Part shown: piece after piece, positions 53,348-64,000 of the stretch
Position numbering within the stretch: position 1 is the stretch's first letter
How the letters are laid out: the number at the start of each line of letters is the position of its first letter
NCBI RefSeq assembly: GCF_001194135.2
Contig: NC_069000.1
Location: forward strand, 32,040,150 to 32,104,149
Origin: Octopus bimaculoides
Lineage: Eukaryota
DNA: 64,000 bases
Direction: 5' to 3'
Translations under genes and position numbers: made by a program
Notes under the pieces: generated by a model
Told to the model about the DNA's origin: nothing
The model's database searches: none
What the model saw: only the letters and a program-made list of their open reading frames with translations

Positions 53348-54287
53348 GTAAGTAAATATGTGTGCTGTACTTTACGATTTAGTCTATATTCTTCCTTACT
53401 GCAACTGTTTTATTCTGAATTCTTTTACTGGTATTGTTTTATTTTAGACTGCACTGAATGTAGCGGTCATGTCAGTTTATGTTTGCATACCATTGCCTTG
53501 TGAAGCTAGACTAGGTCCTTAAAAAGAATTCAGCTATATGTTGAATTAATTACCATTCTATGTATGTATGTATGTATGTATGTATGTATGTGTGTGTGTA
53601 TGCATGTATGTATTATGTATGTATGTCTGCCTCTATGTGCGTATGTTTATGTCAATAAATGTATATGTATGCATGCATGTGTATTTGCGAGTGAGTGCAT
53701 GTATCTTTGCGTATGTGTATGTTCATGTATAGATACAATGACTATTCGGACAAGTGTAGTTTACTTGTACTTTACAGAAACTAGTACTTCTCACTGTGCA
53801 ATATTAATAGACTTGTATCATTTATACTAATGTAATAATCACCATTGCTGATTCGGAAAGACATCAGTAGTCCGGGAAGACTTTGGAACAAAATGTTCCG
53901 GAAAATCGATATCGTACCTGTATAAATACATAAGAGAGAGTACGTGGCTTAGTTGTTTGGGTGTTGCACTCAGGATCCCAGGTTGTGGTTTCGCTTCCCA
54001 AACCAGTTGTCTGTTGTGTTTTTGAGTAAAATTCTTGAGTAAAATTCCCAGTCCGTGAAACTCCAATGAACTTGATTTCTGTTCGGGAGTAGTGTTGTTC
54101 AAGCCAACGGAGAAGCGTCACCCGAAAGGTAAAATAGTCCGAAGTACATTGTCACCAGCGGTGTACGATAACATCCTCGATAGTCTGCTCGACACCGTGA
54201 TCCACATACATACATACATACATACATCCATACATACATACACAAAAGCCCGAACATGCAAAGAAATTTGTAACTATACATATACAT

Positions 54288-54534
54288 AGGTGCAGGCGTC
54301 GTTGTGTGGTAACAAGCTTGCTTCTTCACCATATGGTTCCGGGTTCAGTCTCACTGCAGAGCACCTTGACCAAATATCTTCCACTATAGCTTCGGGCCGC
54401 CAAAGCCTAGTAAGTGGATCTGGTAGGCGAAAACTGAAAGAAGCCCGTCGTATGGAGAATTTACGAAAAAAAAAAACAACAGACGAGGACAGGGGGTGTA
54501 AACAACAAAAGGATGTATTAGTTTAACGCTCGGG

Positions 54535-54587
<53 letters not shown>

Positions 54588-54720
54588 GTGTGTGTATATG
54601 TGTTTCTTTGTGTCTGTGTTTGTATCCCCCCATCGACACTTGAAAACCGGTATTGGTGTGTTTACGTCCCCGTAACTTATCGATTCTTTAAAAGAGACCG
54701 ATAGGATAAGTACCAGGCTT
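54288..54720 (+). mobile_element. tRNA-derived SINE with internal (GATA)n
   Basis: ggtgcaggcgtcgttgtgtggtaac..ccgggttcagtc..gaaactgaaagaagcccgtcgtat..gataggataagtaccagg. Confidence 0.8.
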
Positions 54721-55096
54721 TTAAAAAATGAAAGAGACACAGACACATATACGATTTAGAGAGGAAGAGAAGGAGAGAAAGATAAAGTGCAAAAAAGAGG
54801 GAGATCGGGGAGAGAAACTCAAATATATATGAAAGCAAATACTGAGTACACGTTTGTTGAATTATTTGTTTCTGAATAGTTCCTCTTATGCAAGCCTCTA
54901 CATCTTAGCGTTTAGCATTTTCATTTTTCATTACTTTTTATTGTAGTCGTCCAAGCATGATTATCTCCCAACTTTCACAACAGAAACTGTAGCACAACTT
55001 TATATTCACGCTAAATGGAACTATTAAAAAAGACAATTTCTGTATTATAATAATAATTGTATTCGCTATCAGTAATTTTGTTGATATTTTCTTCAG

Positions 55097-55195
55097 ATGA
55101 AGACACGGAGCAAAGAGAATCTCACACAGCTAGAAGAAGTGCTAATGAAATTAAAACCGTCCGAGTTTAGAGATAACACATTAATAGGATACAAG
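55097..55195 (+). CDS. Internal coding exon C (MKTRSKENLTQLEEVLMKLKPSEFRDNTLIGYK)
   Basis: Acceptor attttcttcag, donor aag|gtaagt, 99 nt, fully open in phase 0. Confidence 0.85.
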
Positions 55196-55256
55196 GTAAG
55201 TTAACTTATCTATTTGTCTGTGCGTCTCGATCTATCGACCTATCTGTCTCTATCAG

Positions 55257-55287
<31 letters not shown>

Positions 55288-55288
<1 letters not shown>

Positions 55289-55836
55289 ACATTAGAGGAA
55301 AAATCAAAACCAAGGCAGAACGTGTATCTCAAGTCATTTAGAATGAATTAATTAGGATAAGGTGAATTTGAAGTCTTACAGCTGTTTCTGGGATAACCCA
55401 AGTGGTTGCTTAGCATGTCCGTGCACTGTGTATTCTTTATCAGAGATAAGGTATGAATAGTTTAGACGGGGAGAATTTCATGGGAGTACCAACCTACATC
55501 CATATCCTCTGGAAAAAGATGAGCTGTGAATATTATTCACCTGACTATATTCTTCTATCTACCTATACTCTTTATTCTTCTATTTTACAACTTTATTCTT
55601 CATTATGTTCTTTATAAACTGTGAATTTTATGCCTTGTAAACTGTAAATTCTCCCAGTCTAAACTATTCATACATTGTCCCTCATGACGGAATACCCAGT
55701 GCACGGACATACTAACCAACTACTTGGGTTATCGCAGAAACAGCTGCATATATTAATAATATACATTACCCTAATTAAATTATTCTAAATGACTAGATAC
55801 TCGTTCTGCCTTGGGTTTGAATTTTCATCTAATATA
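55288..55836. mobile_element. Fold-back element with arms of about 190 bp (55288-55478 / 55646-55836), each with a decayed HHR
   Basis: aaaaccaaggcagaacg..agtcatttagaat versus attctaaatgact..cgttctgccttgggttt. Minus arm has CTGATAA..GAAA cagctg TA aga; plus arm has CTCATGA..GAAA cagctg CA. Inserted next to (TA)n. Confidence 0.85.
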
Positions 55837-55980
55837 ATATATACACGCTATAACAGAACCCTAACACTGATCCCTAGATCCAGCCTTAGCTCTGATCTTG
55901 GAATCTAATGTTCGACTAAATATAGCACTTACTCAGCGTACCTATTCGTTTAGATCACAAGTGAGTTAAACTTCTCATAT

Positions 55981-56051
<71 letters not shown>

Positions 56052-56681
56052 CACACACACACACACATAATTGAAAACATTGGATGCAACGAAGGAGGAC
56101 AGTTGGACGTTTATTGTTTAATCACTACAATTGTTTCCACGCAACGTAGTTCTCCATGTGTGCAGGTATTTGATTATGTAACCGCTTTCGTGCATTATGA
56201 GATCTAGTTGTGTTTCCTCAGGCGATATGTAAATATTGTCTCCCTAAATTTAAAATCCTCGGCTTCAAGAACATCCTCTCTGTCTGTCGTGGCCTGAATT
56301 TAGTAGTAATCACTGAGTTTATCAAGGTGTGTTGTTGCTGAAGGACCGTTGGCAAATTACTTTCAATGTGTAGCTGTAGTGGGTGGTGATTCTGCTACTG
56401 TTAAAGTGGTTGCCGTTTGAAAGGTATTGGCATTTGATTTCTTTGTAGTGTTGATTTGTTCTTCGTGGTCGGTTGCACATGCGATTGTGCTTAGCTGACC
56501 TTTAAGATTCGGCCTATACGTACACATACATGTTCGTTCACATATACGTACTAACGCTTGAAACACACACATGCACACACACGCATCGCACATATACATA
56601 CATACACGTATACAAGTATGTGTACAAACATACACAAGCACGCATATACATATGGATGTTTTGCATTCTTGTCCCATTTTG

Positions 56682-56725
<44 letters not shown>

Positions 56726-56789
56726 TTATGTCGATACATACATTCATGCCTACTAAAAACGCGGACAGGCACGCACACCCAACAACATC

Positions 56790-58230
56790 TTAATTAATAT
56801 AAAGAACAAAGAATTTGATATAGGAAAAAGCTAGAGACAGACGATAGGAGTGAACCATATGTCCCACGAAAACTTAGGATAAACCATAACGACCCTAAAG
56901 TCCGACTAATATGTCCATCGACATCGAATCTCGGACGTATAAGCAAAAATATCATAGATAAAATAATGCCCGAACTCAAAATTAAGACTGGAATTTCCTT
57001 ATGGTCAGACACTCAGGAGGTAATAGGAAAGTTTAAGTAACCAGTAAAAACACCTAAAACTCCAAATTTATACAATTAGATATACATAACTACTACTCCA
57101 CAATTAACCCTATAATACAATAAAATACTCATATTTGCAATGTAAAATTCAAGGTTATCTAAATCAGCACAATAAATATTAACAGCACAAGAAACCGTTA
57201 TTAATTGCGACAGCAAACATAGGGCGAGATCAGATGGAACGAATTACTTCGATATACCAATGGGTTAGAGCAGCTCAACTCACGGATATCGTAGGAATTT
57301 ATAACTTATTCCACGCCAAATCCTCATTCCCACTAATAGCGTCGTGGGCTCTATACAGAGACAATGCCCTTTTTGTAATAGATAATTGTACTAAAGTAGA
57401 AATAGAGCTACGGAAAAAATAAACTACATAAATTATTTTAAAATTTCGGCCTATCTATAACAATAGACAGTAATTACTCTAAGATACATTTCCTAGATGC
57501 TATTTTTTAATTTAGAAACCGAGATGTAGAACCATACCACAAACCGAATTGGTGTCTTAGATACATAAATGGTAGGAGTTCAATGACTGAAACGAGTAAT
57601 AGGTAAAATGTGCATAGACCAGGATCTGGTCTGATCCTTTTCAGTTGAGGGAATTGTTGCACTATTCTGACATTAAGGTCTAATCATCCACCGGCCATAA
57701 CCTAAACAGTAGTTAGGAACATAACCTCCAGAATAACACGCCAATCAGCCACCGAGACAATATTCAACATACATGCACCTTACTACAATGAAACACTAGC
57801 TAGGGCTGGGTATAAAGAAAGCATCATTCTCACACCTGCCAAAGCCCTAAATTAATACTAACACCCACGCACCTAAAGTAGAAAGTCACCAAATAACTAT
57901 AAAAATACTAAAAGTGCAAATAATTGTAGCTGTCGCAAGAAATCTGCATATCCGCCGAGGAAACAACGCATGCAAAAAAACATCATATATAAATGCAAAA
58001 TCACCACACCACAGCATAAATGCACATAAATAAGGGCCTCCGAAAATCTATTTAAGGTCCGCTATCGAAAAAATATCTCCTCATTCCGAAAGATGAGCCG
58101 GCGGCACGCAACATCTCTAGCGGACTTATAATGGTGATTAAAAAAAAAGGAAAAGTAAAATATGAAATAGAACGGTCAATAATTAAAAACATCGCACCCA
58201 TGTAACACACTATCCACCTTCAGGAAGCCT
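56790..58230 (+). mobile_element. Decayed Penelope-like element A (YRDD-type RT, CxC linker, C-terminal GIY-YIG)
   Basis: PKVRLICPSTSNLGRISKNIIDKI..LWSDTQEV; YFDIPMG..AAQLTDIVGIY..ALYRDNAL; HFLDAIF..PYHKP; SNHPP; FNIHAPYYNETL..AGY; NCSCRKK..NIIYKCKI..FKVRY. Confidence 0.75.
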
Positions 58231-58639
58231 TCTACATCCTCTTATGTAACGAAAACTTAGTAAACAAGCATGCTGAGAATATGCTACGATGTTTCCAGTG
58301 CGCCAAATTTGCATTTTCCAGATTCAGAAAAGTGAAATATTGATAATAATAATAATGATTCAGTAAACTCTCCCCCTCCCTCCTTCCTCATATCCATGTA
58401 TGCGTGTGTCGGCTTGTATTTCTATATATACGTATGCGTGCCTGTCCAAATGTTTAGTATTCATGAAGGTATGTATTCTTGATGCATGAATTACATTTAT
58501 GTCTATGTGTGTGTTTACACACACGAGCAACTATGTATATGCGTGCGCGTGTATGTATGTACATATATTTGTATATGTGTTTGCATGTATATATATATAT
58601 TCATAATAATAGTAATATGACAACAAAAGAATGAATAAG

Positions 58640-60340
58640 ATCGCGATATTGTTGGATAAAATGCAGATGTCAAGTTGACCCAGGCAGCCTCCATGTTGGT
58701 CCTTGACATGTTGGTCCTTGACATGTTGGTAGAGTATGGAGGGCTGTTTTTTTATCGTCACATTGTCTCAAATGTCCATTTAGTCTTTCCACAATGCTTC
58801 TAGATGTCTCCCCATGTGTATGTCATGTTCATGTCTTTACAAGCATATTCTATGCATCTTATGCTGTAGACTACATTTCAAGTTCTGCAGTTAATGCCAG
58901 GGCTAAATCTACATACTATGCAGTTATCATTGGTGCATATGGTTTTCTCAAAGGGGTACGATACAGTTGCGACCTGATGGCGTTTCCTCGCTTTTCAACA
59001 ATCTTGATGTTGAGTTTTGTCTCCTTCAGAGTTTTCCTAAATCTATGGGCTAGTTTTCCATGGGTTGTGGCCTCTACAAACATCACTCCTTGATATTTGT
59101 CAGTTTTATACAACGTGTTCACCCTGTTTACTTTGACACAAGTCCTTTGCATTATGTTCCAGTCTTTGCTTCTATATCTAGGGCAGTTACCACAGGTTTC
59201 ATTACATATGTTAACTAACTTCTTTCTGACACCTCTGTAAACTCGAACCCTATCTTTGTAATCATATTCAGAGAACTGCATGCAGTGCATGAAGTTCTGC
59301 ACATATTTCTTAGATTCATAGGGTTTGCATAGTGGGGTCACGTTGTTCATTATTCTAACTAAATCTACTACCAGTTTAATTTTCATGTTGTGTGACAAAG
59401 CCGAGTTCTTCTGAGCAACATATTTCGAAGCTATGGGTATCATGTAATAGGAGTGGAGGAGCTGCACACTGTTGTTCACAGTCTCTAACCAAAGTTCAGA
59501 ATCAAGGACGGGAAGTCTATTGTTGGGGTACCTAGTGGGGTAGTCTTGTGTTATCTTGATACTTTAATGGATGGAGTTAGCTACGTGGTGGATTCTCTCC
59601 ACTATGTTCCTCTTGGTCTTCACTAGCATATTAATATCGTCTACTATAAAGTAGATGAGTTCTGTTCTGCTAAGGATTGCTTAAGTTTTCTGTCCCACCA
59701 GGCCGACCACATCTCCAGTTACACCGACACCAATGGCTCCACCTTAGTTCTGCATGTATAGTTTCTTGCTAAACTTTACTATATGGTTCTTCAAGGTGGT
59801 TCTTACGCTAGCCCGTATTCTAAGTGCAATCATTCCTTTCACCTGATTGTTGTTCTCAGGGTCTTGGGTAGGTACGGTCCAGCTACTCCAGGGCTCTGCG
59901 GAGCTTTTCTTCACTGCTGAGGTGATGGTGGCTGGTCTTCCGCCATGTGACATGGTGGAGCAGAATCTACTGAGGTCATGGTCGTCTAAATAGTCACTGT
60001 CGTAGCTTAGTCTAAGGAAGGGGCCCAGTTCTCTAGTGTTGACTTCACGGAACTCTACTTCACTCTCACAGATTATCTCAATGCATTTCTCTACAGAAAA
60101 ATCTATGTCTATAGATGGGTGGAGTGAAATTACATCCATACTATCCACTACACGACATGTGAGATCGTCGCAGTGGCTGCAAGTACTGATTTTACTGAGA
60201 TCTTCTGTGCTCACATAGACATCTGGGGACATTTCTATGAGAGGTCGTAATGCATGTGAGAGGAAGTAGGACAGCCTATAATTGCTGGAGATATTCGCTC
60301 CACAAACTGCTCGGGTTAGGAGCCCCATGACTGATATCAC
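58640..60340 (-). mobile_element. Decayed Penelope-like element B (RT, thumb, Cys linker, C-terminal GIY-YIG)
   Basis: SMDVISLHPSID (motif A), GGAIGVGVTG (B'), VDDIN (C), DYP..RLPVLD; VMFVEAT..KIVEKRG; DNCIVC..NCRT*NVVYSIRC..Y.GETSRSIVERLNGH..HVKDQH. Confidence 0.8.
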
Positions 60341-60571
60341 AAAATTGATTCTAATGCACGAATGTCAAATTTCGGTCGATGACACTCAAAACCACAAAAC
60401 AATGGTAATATTTTTTTTGTTATTGTAAATTCCACTACGTCAAAGCCATTTGCACTTGAATGTTGTTGATTATTGCAAATATTTTATGAGTAGTTTATCC
60501 GTTCAATCCTTAGATGATGAAATTTGGACGGAAATAGACAAGTATATCTCGGTGCAACATATTAATTTCAT

Positions 60572-60700
60572 AGGCGCAGGAATGACTGCGTAGTAAGAGT
60601 TTAGTTTCTCAACCACATAGTTCCGTGTCCAATCCCATTTCGTTGCACTTCAAGTAAACATCTATTAAAACTTCGAGTTGAATTCAATTAGTTTGATGGA
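60572..60700 (+). mobile_element. Diverged SINE head
   Basis: ggcgcaggaatgactgcgtagtaag..aaccacatagttccgtgtccaatccca. Confidence 0.6.
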
Positions 60701-60765
60701 AATTAGGAGACGTGAGACGTGTATCTTATATATACATAACCACTGAGCTATGCACGTTCATGTGC

Positions 60766-60808
<43 letters not shown>

Positions 60809-61455
60809 AGTGTGTNNNNNNNNNNNNNNNNNNNNNNNNNNNNNNNNNNNNNNNNNNNNNNNNNNNNNNNNNNNNNNNNNNNNNNNNNNNNNNNNNNNNN
60901 NNNNNNNNNNNNNNNNNNNNNNNNNNNNNNNNNNNNNNNNNNNNNNNNNNNNNNNNNNNNNNNNNNNNNNNNNNNNNNNNNNNNNNNNNNNNNNNNNNNN
61001 NNNNNNNNNNNNNNNNNNNNNNNNNNNNNNNNNNNNNNNNNNNNNNNNNNNNNNNNNNNNNNNNNNNNNNNNNNNNNNNNNNNNNNNNNNNNNNNNNNNN
61101 NNNNNNNNNNNNNNNNNNNNNNNNNNNNNNNNNNNNNNNNNNNNNNNNNNNNNNNNNNNNNNNNNNNNNNNNNNNNNNNNNNNNNNNNNNNNNNNNNNNN
61201 NNNNNNNNNNNNNNNNNNNNNNNNNNNNNNNCCAGTCTATACTCTGTACCATGGTTTCAAGTTATTTAGCAAGATAAAAATATACCTTGTTCGGGAACTT
61301 TCTTCAGCAGAGTACCACGAACAAGCGAGTAAACACGAGTCATAGGGAAACACGACCCGCGTTTACACGCTTAATTTTTCAAAATATACCGCTTTAACTT
61401 ATCGGCAGTAAATATAAAATAAACGCCGATTTTCCTTCACAAATTAGCCAAAAAT

Positions 61456-61588
61456 ATATTTTCATTAATAAATCATAGGGCAGCAAAAAATTCTTTAGAA
61501 ATTTAATTTTTATTCTCGCTGGACCACTGGCGGTAAATTAAATTTCTAAAATTTTTTTTGCTGCCCTATGATTTATTAATGATAATAT
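61456..61588. repeat. 54-bp inverted repeat with 25-nt spacer
   Basis: atattttcattaataaatcatagggcagcaaaaaattctttagaaatttaattt versus aaattaaatttctaaaattttttttgctgccctatgatttattaatgataatat. Confidence 0.9.
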
Positions 61589-62401
61589 ATATATACATAT
61601 AACGGGTATCAGGTAAAACGTGCGTTTACTAGGATCTGGATTGATCCCTCCCAGTTGAAGGAAATTACTAACGGCTTCATGAACCAGGTAGTAGCTGCGT
61701 CTTGAAGCTGCCAGAATCCGTTGTCGAGTAAATATCTAACGTTGTATTAATTAAACACAATGTCTCTTTATACTTGCACAGGAAAGGTGAACTTGTGACG
61801 ATCATGAAGTTTTCAAAGAGCATTGTGGCCTAAAATAACCTCAGCATAGGATACATTTTCGTATTTCTGTTTTGTCAGCGAATATTGGAAATATCCACAA
61901 GCTTTTGTTGCATTACAAGCGACATTTGTTATTTTGTCTTTGGCGTTCCAGGTATCTTTTCTACTATGAATTATGAGTAGCGTACTATTAAAGAACTGTT
62001 TTGAACGTTCTAAGTTTAATGTCAGGATAGTGCAACAATCTGAGGGACAGATGAGAAAAATTTCAACTTTCCTAACCAGCCATTAATTTCTGAACGCATA
62101 CATAATCCCGCGCGAGAGTATATTTACGTTTATATAAATATACATATGGCTATATGTGTGTATAAATATATATGAGTGTATGATATATAGGTCGATCGAG
62201 CGATCGACAGATAGACAGTGAAAAATATATATACACACATGCTTGCATGCGTTTATAGATATATATGTATGTATTTATATATGTGTATATGTATACTTAA
62301 ATACAAATATTTATTTTATGAGGTTCTTTTTAAAATACGGTGTGAATATTTTTCCGTGTTCCTTCCTCCTGAAAAAGTTGCTTGAAAGCAGCTTAAAGGA
62401 A

Positions 62402-62463
<62 letters not shown>

Positions 62464-62583
62464 CGCCACACATACACCACACCACACCACGTCACACACA
62501 CACGCACATGTGACGTGTTTTTTTTATTGGGATTGATTCTTTTCTTTTCTATCACTTATCTCTGAAATGATTTTTTAAGATAC

Positions 62584-62621
<38 letters not shown>

Positions 62622-62939
62622 TTTGCAAAGATAACAGACAAATATATAGGGAAGATGAGGGAAAGAGAGAGAGAGACAACAATGACAAGTATTGTCATTG
62701 TTGTCAGAAAAGTACGAAATATGATTACCTGTATCGTCGTGTAATGTGCTACATCAGTAGTCGCGTGTGTAGAGTTAAGTAAAGTCTCAAAAGATAGTTT
62801 CTTCTAAAACACCTTTCTTTTTTGATGTTTTATTTCCTGTGGCTTTTTTGTCGACTTTATAATTCATTTTTCTCTTTATTTTATTTCATTATCTGCTTTA
62901 TAGCACGATAGACAATGAATCTAACCTAAAGGCTAAATT

Positions 62940-63330
62940 AATGGTCACGAATTTTCTGGAAAGAAATTTTAATCGGGAATGGTTTTGGGAGAAAAACGTG
63001 CTGTGTATTAAGTGAGTAACTATCATGAGACGGTATTACATGATAAACTTTTCACAACATGCCTGGAAAACATCTTAAGAATGCTTTATTAGGAGATGCG
63101 AAGAATAATATCAATAGAAACAACCTCCATCATTTCAGTTTCACTGATTATATCGTACTGATAACGGTCAGGTGAAGACAGAGGAAATGCTGAGAGGTTT
63201 CTCTGCTGCAAGGAAGACCTGAAGAGTGAAAATAATTAAGAGCAAAACAAAAGCCACCATAAGTTATAAGATTAAGCCAATTGCCGTTACAGAGGAGGAG
63301 AACGAGCAGGAAGTAGAAAACTATGAATAC
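62940..63330 (+). mobile_element. Decayed RTE-type RT fragment
   Basis: DKLFTTCLENILRML..INRNNLHHFSFTDYIVLI..EEML..SKTK resembles SPKLF..LE..INGxxLxHLRFADDIVLI. Confidence 0.7.
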
Positions 63331-63963
63331 GAGAAAAAGTATTGGTGCGAAAGTAAAATTACCAAAAGAAATAAATACAAATTTGGTTAATAATTAGTCT
63401 CTGTTTCTTTCAATAATCACAGCGATCTATGAGATAAAGCTTCCAATCTACCTCAAACGAAAAGTTATGAGCCAATACAGAATACGAACATTAGGAACTA
63501 ACTGCAAAAAATTGGCTGTATGTCAGCGCCAAACGTCTCACATAACATACAAACACATAAAAATTTAAAAAAAGGGAACGGAAAAAGGAAATAACATGGA
63601 TGGGGGATGTGAGTAGGGCTACAATCATCACAGAATAGTGACCGTTAGCGAGAAAAGCGAAATGCATGAAACCACAAGCTGATGATGAGATGTTATCAAC
63701 AAGTAACGGCCTAGTGTCAAGAATGAGGCTGAAAAAAATCCCTCTCAGCGACGTGCTGCGGCATTCAACCAGTGACTGACAGGAACAAGATCATGGCAAG
63801 TTACAGATTAACGGAGCTTAGTCTTACAGAAACATTACAGGGTAGGTGCTAAGGTGTGTTGCTACACATGCAAACATACATGCATAAATACATACATACA
63901 TACATACATATATACATACACACACACGTACGTACGTATGTATGTATATATGTATATGTGTGT

Positions 63964-64000
<37 letters not shown>

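Noticed and set aside
55097-55170. Direct splicing of exon A to exon C (DEDTEQ...VRV*)
   Set aside because: It gives an early stop; exon B at 53301-53347 restores a fully open frame.
58870-58890. In-frame TGA in PLE-B as selenocysteine (as in some Naiad elements)
   Set aside because: The element has many TAG/TAA stops and frameshifts, and the TGA is not at an evident Cys position, so it is simple decay.

Overview
AT-rich, microsatellite-dense, gapped eukaryotic genomic DNA. The SINE families and repeat landscape suggest a cephalopod (octopus-like) genome; this is inference. Nearly all ORF-track entries are microsatellite or N-gap artefacts. The only well-supported host coding sequence is three consecutive, phase-compatible + strand exons (51490-51665, 53301-53347, 55097-55195) of an unidentified protein. 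The rest is decayed retroelements: several R4/Dong-type REL LINE pieces (some ending in (TAA)n), RTE-type LINE pieces, tRNA-derived SINEs, a mariner end, and two convergent Penelope-like elements (PLEs) of different types at 56.8-60.3 kb. The most interesting signal is a dispersed set of short, often fold-back elements from several families carrying minimal type I hammerhead ribozyme (HHR) motifs with tiny or palindromic helix III (9.8, 15.6, 20.7, 27.9, 32.0, 34.4, 35.9-36.2, 55.3-55.8 kb). One copy (34425-34470) has a complete canonical core, and several independently carry a CCGA instead of CUGA core. All calls are by eye and repeat boundaries are approximate.
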